A stretch of DNA of 63,155 nt, the filler included, from Choristocarpus tenellus KU-1152 (taxonomy: Eukaryota; Protista; Phaeophyceae): NCBI GenBank assembly GCA_964200185.2. It is 9 parts of 9 records of this genome, joined end to end, with 100 filler letters (N's around TTAATTAATTAA, not from the genome) between each part and the next. Parts side by side here need not be neighbours in the genome. Positions count along the whole stretch, not along the records: positions 49,039 to 63,155 come from CAXNAD020001275.1; 8 more parts are not named here. The stretch is one strand, 5' to 3'. Shown here one piece after another: positions 52,201 through 63,155 of the stretch (position 1 is its first letter; the number at the start of each line of letters is the position of its first letter). The notes beneath the pieces are model-generated. The model was not told the DNA's origin and ran no database searches. It saw only the letters and a list, made by a program, of their open reading frames with translations. The position numbers and the translations under genes were made by a program.

Positions 52201-52934
52201 TAGCACATTATGAAGGTTGCCTTGTTATGGTGGCTCTCACACTTCTCTGGTGTATCATCCATCACCCCAATCTCCACCCATTAAGCTAGCTCTCTGGGTG
52301 TTGGCAGAGTTTCAATTCCTCCTACAGAACAAATAAACATCAGCAGTCTCCCACAAGTTTCTGCAGGGAATCTATTGACCTGTCCCACTACCTTCACACC
52401 CTTAGTCAAGAGGTAGGTGATACGAAATTGAGAATGTTGCATTGGTAGTGTAGGTATTGAAAACCAGCTCAGGAGATTGATTGTTAAAGTGATCCAACTC
52501 ACCTTGGCATCTAGTTGATCCTGCCGAATATCAATACTGCTTCTGATTCCTTCATTCCTGCTAACAGCCACATTCAGATCACCCAGGTCTTGACCTTGCC
52601 GTGCGACTCGCCCCTCAACAAGGTCCACCCGGCGTGATACTGACTTGACCTGTTGGCACATGAGCACCAGCTGTAGTCACTTGATATCTAGACAAGAATG
52701 AAGTCTCTAAGGTGTGTGCTGGACATGGTTTGTGATTGCAAAGGCTGCAGTAATACAAAGGAGGTGGGGGTAGAGGAAAGACAATTGAATCTTCTTTATA
52801 CAAACTATATCTAATCTCTCCAACACGGAATGTGCCACCAAGATCATTGCTGGTGATACGCACCCAACGCGTACCTCTGCCAGGCCTCGGCAGACATCTT
52901 GTCGTTGTGAGCGCAATGCCTCATGAACTAGAGC
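49254..52934 (-). CDS. Internal exons of an uncharacterised coiled-coil protein
   Basis: Five phase-0 GT-AG exons with lengths divisible by 3: 52934-52875, 52649-52503, 51903-51769, 50398-50237, 49373-49254. They splice into one stop-free, heptad-like peptide (ALVHEALRSQRQ..VSRRVDLVEGRV..IESRIGDLE..RFATLEQTTK). No family recognised. Confidence 0.7.
49470..49729 (+). mobile_element. MITE family 1 copy (intronic)
   Basis: Slightly diverged TIRs; TGA on both sides. Confidence 0.88.
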
Positions 52935-53407
52935 CTGGTAAGGAAGGGTAAGAGTTCCTCAGCAGAAGAAGCGGTGAGAGGTGCTCCCTTATTTTTTGAA
53001 GGGCAAGATGGCATGGGGACAAACCAAGAACATTGTAGCTGCAACTAATAATGTGCGGTCTTTTAGATGGAATGCCCGACGTTCAGAGTCAATTGATGTA
53101 GATATTATGTCACACTGAAGACAAAGCAGAAACAACTGATTTCTCAGGGAAACAGCAACTTGGAAATCTGGGTCAACTGAAAGGACATTGGTTGTGTATA
53201 GCTTATATTGAATGCTGCATCATTATTTAATTATCACATTCCTCCCTGTGTGGTAATTGATGTTTGAAATCTCCTTTTACATTTTTTGTTTAGCAATTTC
53301 CTTTCTCCATGAGAGCACTAAACTTCGAGATCTCGACAAAGCTTCAATGAGGTGCTAATGTTTCACTTGCCAAATGAGCGAAGTGTAGATGAAGTACGCG
53401 TAGGAGA

Positions 53408-53690
53408 GAGTCAAAGTAAACGAGAGGTACCCAGAGTTACCCAGAGTTACCCAGAGTTGCATTTTAAGGATGCTGACGAACATGTGCAAAATATTTCGAC
53501 CTTTTTTGTAAGTGTGTATAGAATCTTTTCTGAATTGTGTCGAAAACGTTCAGAGAATTAGAGAAACAAACAATCTCCTGTCAACCTTGGAACTTCATCC
53601 GTAGAAATATAGGCGAATTGCAAAAGATTGAAAAACAGACTTAAAATGGAAGACGACCAAAACTTGGGTATCTCTCGTTTACTTTGGCTC
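53408..53690 (+). mobile_element. MITE family 3 (TIR GAGTCAAAGTAAACGAGAGGTACCCAG)
   Basis: Right end TGGGTATCTCTCGTTTACTTTGGCTC; internal (ACCCAGAGTT)x3. Relatives at ~20772-21001, ~21095-21355 (reverse), 24528-24734 and ~27500-28068 (reverse, interrupted by an LTR). Confidence 0.8.
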
Positions 53691-53731
53691 AAAGCAATAC
53701 ATGACAGTGATTGATACGAGAGAAGGTGCTC

Positions 53732-54850
53732 TCATTCCTTAAATGAGAAGTATGTAAACCTGGTCGTAATATGTCCTCTATTAGATAAATACTTGACAAC
53801 GGCACCACAACATTCGTTTTTGTTGCAACAACAGACGTCCAAGAACACGTGCAATTTTTGCGCCGGAGATGAGGATATGGCACCCAGCGCGCAGCCCTGT
53901 GGTCGTAGCTGTGTCTCTGACGCTTGAAGGTTTGGTAGACACGTTACCAGTGAGATACCTTCAATGGTCTGTCTTTTGTGCGCTGTAAAAGAGCACTGTG
54001 TCAAAACAAGTCCTGGAGATACAGCAGCTGAGATATAAACTCGGTGCTGCCTGGTTGCTATGGTGCTTGCTATAGATGAACTCGTGGATTGGGGAAGACT
54101 GTATCCCTCACTTCTTGAGTGGTTTCTTACCTGCTGCTCATGCAATCTATCTAACACAATATCTAGCAGTGAACTATCCCCCAGAAACTTAGAGCCAAAG
54201 GATGGTTCTTGGCCTCGATTCATATGTGGAAATCCAATTTTTCGCTGTTCGAGCCCAAGGGTGCATTCATCGGCTCCATCGACAGTTCTGCCAAGCAATG
54301 GGTGACAATTATCTCGAGTTAGCGATAACTTGTTTGATTTGTATTCTTGTGGTATTCTTCTGAAAGGCTGCCAAAGTAGATCCATTAGCCACGAACCGTA
54401 CGTCCGCACAAGACTGCACTGGAGACAGAGGAAATTGTGCTTGTGTCCGTTTCCCCGGCTTGGTCGATAGCGTGTGCCGTGACTGTGTCGACTGAAATGA
54501 GTCGTTGACCCACCCTCCACGGAGAACTGACTCAGTCTCTGGTTGATCTTGAACAGTGGACTTATTTGGTGAATTGGGAACACAGAAATCCACATGGCGG
54601 AGAATTTGGGTCGAGAAATCATCCCAGTCAAGCGAGGCTGCCATGTAAGCAGACGTCTTCTTCCACTACCAAACACTTATGTATGAAAGATTTGTGGGTT
54701 CGCTATCATTTTTTTTTCTGTTCCTGAAACGGCAATACTCTCGATCTTGAATATGAACCATATGCGACAGCACCTGAATCGTATCACTCAACCAAGTTGA
54801 TCTCGACCACGCTTGGCAAGGTAAAAATTGGTTCGAGTAGAGCTAACCCA
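53732..54850 (-). pseudogene. Probable decayed hAT transposase
   Basis: Collinear weak matches across frames: LLEPIFTLPS (L.P.Y.LPSR), SLDWDDFS (first catalytic D), WVNDSFQ (HWIDD.W), EYK.NKLSLTRDN (second D, TTDN), LDIVLDRLHEQ (RWNS..ML.RL.EQ). Matched by eye only. Confidence 0.4.
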
Positions 54851-56862
54851 GTTTCCATTTCATTGTACGAGTTGACACACCTATATTCCTTGCGATGTCG
54901 AGCTTAGGGGATAGGAGAGTTACCCGATACAGCCTCGACATATCGAGTCCTTGAACGCGAACCAAGAGTTTGATGGCCCCGTATGTGACAGAGAGACACA
55001 ACCAAAGGAATTGCACACTGATATTATATTTCCAACTCATTCCAGGAGTCTGCCCCAGACAATCCGGTCCATGTTTGCATCTGGCGTTTATGCTGATGTG
55101 CGGGACATCCCCGACTCTGGACCTTGGAGACCTATGCATGATAAAGGAGGAACACGATCGAATCAATTTCGAAGGGATACTAGCGGTGGTAGAGTTTGCG
55201 GGCCAATCAGAGATACACCGGGAGAACTTGTTTGTAAACGTCATGGTCGACTAAGCCCTCGCTTGGGTACTAGATCAAGTTGTGCAGGGGCTAGTCATGG
55301 GGAGAGTGGGGCGGTTTGTCATACAAATGGTGGTCTAGCAAGAGCACCGTGCGCTGGTGACATTGACGAGGCCAGGCCACATCTGGAAAGTTCAAACGTC
55401 ACCTGCAACAAAGTTCGACGCCCTGGAAGCAAACCTAGTGTGGGTCGATCGAATAAGGGGAATGGCGAAGGCGTGCAACTTCTGGCATTAAAGTTTCGCA
55501 TATTTCGAATTATCATGATATTACAGCTTCAGAAGGATCACAGTATGTAGAGGAAGAGGAGGAACTAGTCGCATATCCTTTTTGGCGTATATATATTTCT
55601 TAGTTTTGTGCTGATGAAAATGACACATATAATATGCGATACTACATACTTTATTTCCCATCTTGTAGTGTTCAGTATGTGGTGACTAAATAACTTGTGC
55701 TTTAGTTTGAAAAAAGTTCACTGGCCAGTGCTTTTCGTATGGGAGTCCAACAAGATGCGGCATAAGACCTTACTGCGAGTACATTCTCCCCACAATGCAG
55801 ACTTTTACCGAGCCCGTATCGAGATTGATTCCTGGCAATTGCTCCCTTCCACGCTCAAGGGTGCAAAGGTTACCTAATGAGGTTAAGGCCGCAGAGTTAT
55901 CCAACGTGTCCATCGATGTTCTGGTTCTGACAACCACATTCCTGGATCCTCGAGACACCACAAGGTACAGCCGTATTGAAGGGGGTAAGGCTCAACCACC
56001 TGCCATCCAGAGAACAGGATGTCTTTTCTAGTGCTGTAAGATTGACCAGTAAAGCGTTAGTAGAAGTTGGTAAAGGCACCTGAAGTGTTTGACAACTAAA
56101 GACTACTCTGGAGTCCATTGGGAGACAGGTATCAATTTATCGGGTGCATTGAAGAACGAAAAATGATTCCTTGTATAGATTGGATTGTCTTGAGAGTATC
56201 CTTCAGGGCGACTAATGTAAACAGTACATTGCCGATAATATTTTAACTATTTTTTTTGCAGGGATTGTTTGCACTAAATAACTCATTTCTGAAATATAGA
56301 TCAGGGTATATTGCATTCGGACAACATGGCTGCCTCATTTCCCTCAATTCCTAGCAATCATTTGAATACATCTTAGTCTAGAGCAGATAGGCAACTCTTT
56401 TTCTTGCAAATAGTGTCAAATACTCCGTGGCAAGGATTGATGCTTTTGTTCAAGAGCAAATATATATATATATATATATATATATGGCACTCGTGGGATT
56501 ATTTGTGGTATCTGTCCCGTCCTGTTCTCTCCAACTACATTATTTCCAAATGGGGGATTTGTGCTTTGATTGTGTTTCGCACTAATCAATGCTGTCCAAG
56601 CGCAGTTATTCAAACAGAACACCAATGGCTGAACTTCTTAACACACTTCAGCTATGTTATTGGTTAATACCAGCATCATGCCTATGGACCCTTCGTTTGC
56701 CTGACTTGTTTTGGGAATGAAGTCAAGTATATATCTGAAGCCAAGCCTCTTGAACTCCCAGGCTGTCCATGGCAACTCCAACATTGTTTGACGAGTTTAC
56801 TTGGCAAGAGATACACCTTTCCCACTACGGTAAGGTTCAGCATCTAAATATTTGCACAATAT

Positions 56863-56946
56863 GGTTGGGATTAGGTTTAGGTTAGGGTTAGGGTTAGGGT
56901 TAGGATTAGGATTAGGGTTAGGGTTAGGTTAGGGTTTAGGGTTTGG
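56863..56946 (+). repeat. Interstitial telomere-like (TTAGGG)n tract
   Basis: About 13 perfect or degenerate units. Shorter tracts at ~18816-18835, ~32259-32273, ~49098-49120, 50807-50823 and 51188-51214. Confidence 0.85.
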
Positions 56947-56982
56947 CTAAACTACTACGGGTATATAAGGTGCTTAGGACAA

Positions 56983-57280
56983 TCACCCCCAGGACCTTTT
57001 TTGTATAGTGATCTTGGCAATACTGCAGATCTTCCCATCTACTTTGATGATGTACTCTGATAGTAGATGGCATACCGAGCGATAGAGTATACAGGAAACT
57101 CTCTCAAGAAATGTCACAACTCCCAATGCTGAGAAGATGCCGAGAAATAGAAAAATAGGTAGTCCGAACAAGACAGGACTCAGTGGGCATTTGTGTGGCC
57201 TGACGATAGGCATTACTCTCAGTATTGGACGGGAACATATTGGAAGAGCTTAGATCTCTATGTAGTATGCGACGTATATC
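56983..57280 (-). pseudogene. Possible non-LTR (LINE) reverse transcriptase fragment
   Basis: IVRPHKCPLSPVLF resembles GVRQGCPLSPxLF; no YADD motif seen. Confidence 0.3.
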
Positions 57281-58705
57281 TAGTGCAACCCAATGGCTGT
57301 GTCAGTACAACTACAGAGTTGGTTTAGATTTAGAATTGGGGTTCAGGCAAATACGTAGTTGGTGACACTATTGTGTTTGTGTGCAATTTGTGTCCCTTGT
57401 GCAACACCAGCACATTTGACTTCCCCCATCAACATATGTGTGGCAGGCCAAGCAGACTGTGAGTCCATCACATCTACCCATCGGCACAAGAACGCCAGTA
57501 TGTCACGGTTGCAATTCCAGATTGAATTCCCACAGCATCACCAGCGACTGCACTGCATTCAGCAGTACAAGAAACGGCTTACTGCTAGCAGGTGTGGGTG
57601 GACAGTGAAACGAAAATATCTAGAATAGGCATCTAAATACCTGATTTGTTTTCTCACACAGCAAGTAAGTAATTGAACGTTTTGAGGAGTGCAATCCTAA
57701 TCATGTGTGCCTTCTAAACTAGAAAGACTGAGGTGTGCATTGCTGGGAGTGCGGAAAGAGTTTGCTCTCGGTCAATTTCAATATAAACTTGCTCATTATA
57801 CTCTTGTTCCTTGTCTGACTCGGAAACAATGATTTTCTTTTCATTGGCAGTGCTCAAGGATGCTCCCGCTCATTGTTTGCTCTTCAATCCCTGGCACAAG
57901 AAGATATTTCACTGCACCATCAGGAGCGATCAAGCAGGTGATATTTGGCTTCAGTCACTTAAATGTAGTCAATTGACATTATTGCTGGTGCTGTACCAAT
58001 ATTTTTTTCCTGGGTTCTTGTTGTGGTCTCTCATTTCGTCTTTGCAAGGAATGAATGAGGTTAGATTTATATGTAAACCTTGACACATGATGGTTACATT
58101 ATTCAAAGCAAAGCTTGTTGCGATAAATCAAGAAATATTCTTTACCATATCGACCCAGGGGATGGTTTCATCCACCGCAACAACATCAAAAACCTTAGTG
58201 CTAACACTCTGGTAAGTTCTCAAGCACTTCCATTGCTTGTTTCAGGAGGTTCCGTATTTTCTTTGAAGATGTAGCAAGATTGACAAGAAAACATTGAAAC
58301 AAAACCAGCCACACTCCCGATACCACAGGCTTGAAAGATCCAGCTTCAGGCATCGTCGTCAGAGGGAAAGGGAAATCATAATCCAAGAGCTAAGGAGTTC
58401 TAAACAAGACGCCACAAAGGAGGTGAATCGACTTGCCTAATCAGTCACTTGCCGAGGTGTATATGTTCTTTCAAGTTGGGATGTGTGGCCTGTTATAATA
58501 ATCCCTCGTTGGGCGATGCTTATGTAGTCTTATGTGAACTGCTGGCTCAGTAAGTACTCCAATATAGACGTGATCACTCCTCTAGATGGCAAGACATTGG
58601 TTTTACGCATAGACTATCCTCTACGGGGTGCAAAGACCCAATAACTTATTCTTACTCATTTCGGGATTTGTGGCATTATCTCGTACTCATCCAGTTTGTA
58701 TCAGT

Positions 58706-58967
58706 GAGTGACAGTATCTTAGGGTTAGGGTACGAGTTTTGCCCTGTTTGTCCGTTTGAGGCTTGGCTTCCCACGGGTTCCTTATGACATTTTCCTACTC
58801 CCGAAATGTTTCGGAGTAGGTAAAATGTATACGTTTAAAAAAGATGTGTCCGGAACAAGGATATTTACACTGCCTAACAAACATGATGGCCAAAATCACA
58901 TCAAAATCGCAACATTGGATTTGGCTCCCAAATGTACGCAGCTCTACCCTCTAAGATACTTTAACTC
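58706..58967 (+). mobile_element. MITE family 1 copy with TTAGGG inside the left TIR
   Basis: Left TIR reads GTATCTTAGGGTTAGGGTAC; AGT on both sides. Confidence 0.88.
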
Positions 58968-59179
58968 AGTCAGCTATATGTCCAGGTGAGAATCTCTCTG
59001 GGACTAGATAAGGGATATAGCAATGGCCTTATACACTTGGCAAGAAGTAATTTTGTTTCTGGTCTATGTGGTAATGCTATCATAATGTTTTCTCAGATCT
59101 GGCTTGTTGTATAAGTTTCGGTGGAATCAGATGCACCGACCAATGTCTTGCATTACACATTCAAGTTTGAAGAAGCTGT

Positions 59180-59435
59180 GAGTCAAAGTATCTTAGAGGG
59201 TAGAACCGCGTCCATCTGGGGCCAAAATCCAATGTTGCAATTTTGATGTAATTTTGGTGATCGTATTTGTTAGCAAGTATCATTATCCTTGTTTCGCACA
59301 CACCTTTTCATAACGTACACATTTTACCTACTCTGAAACATTTTGGAGTAGGAAAATGCCATAAAAAACCCATGGTAAGCCAAGCCCAAAAGGACAAACA
59401 GGGCAAAACTCGTACCCTCTAAGATATTTTCACTC
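59180..59435 (-). mobile_element. MITE family 1 copy
   Basis: Same TIRs; TGT on both sides; inverted relative to the 58706 copy. Confidence 0.9.
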
Positions 59436-61878
59436 TGTATCATGGGGCTTATTGAACTCCCCGTCAGGAAATTGATCATATGGAGAGTAGTGAATACAAT
59501 AGCAAGGAGGTGTCTTCCAATACCTAGCTATTTATGGCACATCTCACCCCATCTGCCCCTCCCACATTCATGCAGAGCTTGACCATGATCCACATTAAGT
59601 CAGCTGTCAAGCGCCATGCATTCCCTCCTGGATATCGCTGTCTCCAGAGAGACGCAAGAGTGTTGCACAAGGCATGCAGTAACAAAAGAATGGTGTCTGC
59701 TCGGAACCAATCCACTCTAGATGGTGTTCTGTAAGTCATCAGCATGAACACATCAGTGTGCTACTACTAGGGACTTGCTTCTAGGGTTAAGGCTTTATTG
59801 AATTTCCGTAAGTGAAATATGGTGGTCTGTGTCTGTGGATTACACCTTGACACCAAACATCGAAAAATAGCACAAAACCCCCCGTCGTGCATGGCACTTC
59901 ATAAGAATGGCACAAACAATGACAGTTTATTGGTGGATTGAAAAAAAGAAGATATTGCAAATACTTCAAAATTAGAATACTGTCACTTCCACCTTGGGAA
60001 TTATTGAATACTATTCCCAAAACTTAAACTATGGTCCGGTGCTGTAAAGTGCATATAAATAAAACTCGTCTTCAGGTATTTATGCATTCAACTTCCTCCT
60101 GGTGGTGTGATCCCCTTCGTTTTGTTTGAAAGTGCCTCCAATGTGCTCTAGTGTAGTTCTCGGTATCATATTATGAAAAATTCCAATACCTTATTGGTTG
60201 TGTCAACCTTCTACAACTCAGATTGCGACAACCACTTGCTCAAGCCCGTCCCTAGGGCTTACAAGAGCTAGGTCTGGTACATTTTTTTGTCTTATTCATC
60301 CTACATACAATTGCCACAGCAGCCTTACTGTGAGTGGAGAAAAGTGGACAGTGTTCTTACTCTGTCCTAACTAACTCTTGTTGGAAAAAGATGATTTTGT
60401 TGAGTGAGTTGCATTTTCAGGATTCCATCCTCACATGGAACCAGGGTCGCCCCTTGTACTTGGTGGTGCTCACCTTCTGTTTATATTTATTCACCTTGTA
60501 CCAGGTCATGTCCAATTTATGAGAATTTTCTGATCCAAATCTTCTCCCCACCTGACAATGCCTCCGTGTTCCACTATGAGAGGATGTCCCACAACCCTTC
60601 AAATAGGACCAATGGTAACCCATCAACTAGCTCAAATTAATGGAAAGTTTTTTCCAGTCCATGAGCTATTCGTTGACTATAGCACCCTTGTGGTGTTGTA
60701 GAATAAAAATGTCGATGTAAGCTAAAGTATCCTTAGCTGCTCTGAGCTTTGAAGCAACTGAGCATACAAAATCCAGAGAGGATGCAAGATGGATTATTTC
60801 TCGATTTTGATTGTGTTGTGACCTTCAGTGCTTGTTGTCCGGAATGTGATTGTGTCTGACCTGTCGCGGATTGCACCTCAGGCAAAATGTTGGGGAAGAA
60901 TAGGAACCAACAGAAAATTCACTGAAAGGAAGAAAATACTTGCTGCTGCTTCCAAAAACCCCATACTTTCAGCAAATAGTGGCTTGTCTGTAGAGTACAA
61001 TCCTCTTGGCCACAAATACGATCAAGGGCAGGGAATGCTTTGCGCTCACTGCAACAGGTATCTTGCCGTCTATTCCTTGACCTAGGCCCATGGCCATGCG
61101 AGCACCTTCAAACCTACTCCCCACATTTAGTCAATTTTGAGAGGATCAAGAACAGTGTCCGATGATTTTTGGATATGAGATTCCTCAGATTGCATTCTCT
61201 TGAAGTTACAAGAGAGGGTGAGCAAGTTGACAGTTCAAAGTTGAATGAAAAATTTGTGGAGTTGCTTGTCCTCTACTGCCTCAAATCACTCTGTATATAC
61301 CCCAAAAACCATTGCTGAGCACCACAAGCTTTGTGTCTTGTAGTGGACAGATGCATGGTTGTCGGTTGAGGTGTCCCAAAGACATCGAGAGGCTACACGA
61401 ACCCCTTGGTTCTTCATCTGGCCAATTGTGACCTGAACCACGATTTTGTACCTGATAGCGAGGGAGTGAAGTGAGAAATAGCATACACCGTGTTAGTGTA
61501 TATGAACAGTGAACCATGAAGGAGTAGACACACAAGAGTTTGACCTTGGTGGAACTGGAACACAACTAGAAAAACACAAGTATTATGGCATGTTAAAAAA
61601 AATCTGTCCATAGGCAACTTCGTAATCTTCTTCTTTCCATTCTAGTGTACGCTATAAAATCTACCTGGAGAAATTAATAGGGGTGTAGATATTGGACATT
61701 AGAGCTGCCATGTACGCATGTCTGCATTTTTCACCTCCACTTAAAGTCAAATTAAAATGAATGAATAGCGAATTCAGATATCTGTATGCAGTATACTTGT
61801 GGAGTATAGCATTGGCATACTTGGCGGTATCAATATGAGGGTGCTGCTGATGTGGAAGTCAAAATGCAAAGAATTCTA

Positions 61879-62025
61879 GGCTCAAAGTATCTGGGGGGGG
61901 GGCAGCTGTCCATTCGGGGCCTATTTTTCCATGTTGCGATTTTTGGATGATTTGGTTGTATGCGTCAGATGGATAGTGTAAGTGCACTTTTCCTGGTCAG
62001 GACCCAAACGGACCCCCTGGTGGGC
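61879..62025 (+). mobile_element. MITE family 2 copy lacking the right TIR
   Basis: GGCTCAAAGTATCTGGGGG.. and an internal region matching 25342-25514. Confidence 0.8.
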
Positions 62026-63075
62026 CTCTACTAAGACTCATAATATATATTTCACATTGCATCCCACTGAGGTCTGGATATAAAGTTGTACAGCTCCTAG
62101 GCAGGCACACTAGTTTATTTTTTTTGTAGAGTATGACCGTTGTATACGAGTTGATAGACTGGTACATTGGGACGCTCTTTAGAAGAAATTGTATACCTGC
62201 AGAGAGCAAGGTGCAATTTCAATATTCGAGGCAACAAATGTTTGCTACATATATCCTCCGACATGCCATGTTGGGGAATTTGTGGGTGTCATTCACAAAC
62301 AGTGGTTTAATCACTCCACTTCTTAAGCCAACAATATATATAGCTACTATGGACTACCACATCAAGTTGGAGGTTCAATAGTACTCCAATAACATTTATT
62401 CTTTCTCTCAATGTTTCAACAATATTTCAACATCTCAATGGTGGAAACTCTATCCAACTGTAGACAACATCCACACACTCGATGGTGGATCCACAACATA
62501 TGCAAGTGAGGATCACTAAGAGCTAATGAACACGCCCCCACTTGCTTGCCTCACACAAGTTGGCAGTATTGTTCATGAACCGAGAGTTTGGTCTTTGCAC
62601 TATTTGCCTACAAATGATTGATTACATGCATGGCTTCTAGATGACTGAAAATTATATTTTCAGGGAAAGGTTCGAGGCTTAGGTGGTTGTTACACAGACT
62701 TGCCTTGGAATGTTTAGCTTTTTCACGCCTTCTCTGATACTGTCCGCAATGTTCAGACTCCACTCCTTGGCATCTTCTCCATGGTACTCTTTGTCAGCCA
62801 ATTCGACCCCTACAGCCTTGCAAGCAGAAAATGTTGTTATCAAACCGAGCGAAGAAAGCCTAGTCAGAGGCTACTGCCAGAATGCATGCACTTGATAAAT
62901 ATATCTGAGGAATCAGGATGCAATTGGGGTTGGCAGTTACAAAGAGTGACACACACAGTATATCAGTGGGAGACACATGACATGATTTCGTGGGATCAAG
63001 TCATAGGAAACACATTACCAAGGCCATGGGGTGGAACAATAAAATTCTCCATCTATATCTTTGACTTGATAGAAG

Positions 63076-63155
63076 AGTCAACGTATCTTAGAGGGTAGGG
63101 CCGCGTCCATTCGGGGGACGAAATCCAATGTTGCGATTTCCATGTAATTTTATCC
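63076..63155 (-). mobile_element. MITE family 1 copy cut by the window end
   Basis: GAGTCAACGTATCTTAGAGGGTAGGGCCGCGTCC.. matches the family end. Confidence 0.85.

Noticed and set aside
54951-56120. 199-aa and neighbouring ORFs
   Set aside because: No domain recognised; probably decayed TE sequence adjoining the hAT-like relic.
59500-63000. Possible upstream exons of the coiled-coil gene, or Gypsy remnants
   Set aside because: Could not build phase-consistent exons or find diagnostic motifs.

Overview
Intron-rich, repeat-rich eukaryotic nuclear DNA. It is not one locus: nine unrelated contigs are joined by artificial 100-bp spacers (N44-TTAATTAATTAA-N44), so adjacency across spacers carries no meaning. 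Short exons in 0.3-3 kb introns, interstitial TTAGGG repeats and protein style suggest a stramenopile, possibly a brown alga (inference only). Six partial genes were reconstructed by hand from phase-consistent GT-AG exons: an ePHD + zf-4CXXC_R1 chromatin reader, a fungal/bacterial-type TPR protein, a NEK-type C-terminal tail, a cyclin Y-like protein, glutamine-dependent NAD synthetase, and an unknown coiled-coil protein. The rest is a dense mobilome: three MITE families with a shared CAAAGTA terminal core (about 22 copies or fragments), solo LTRs (one with a perfect 5-bp TSD, nested in a MITE), Copia, IS630/Tc1, hAT and LINE relics, foldback elements, and a degenerate ~133-bp tandem array. The most notable signals are CpG-biased decay of MITE copies alongside a CDCA7-type zinc finger, telomere repeats inside a TIR and bracketing a ~420-bp intronic cassette, and the ~133-bp array. 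No CRISPR array or RNA gene could be supported.
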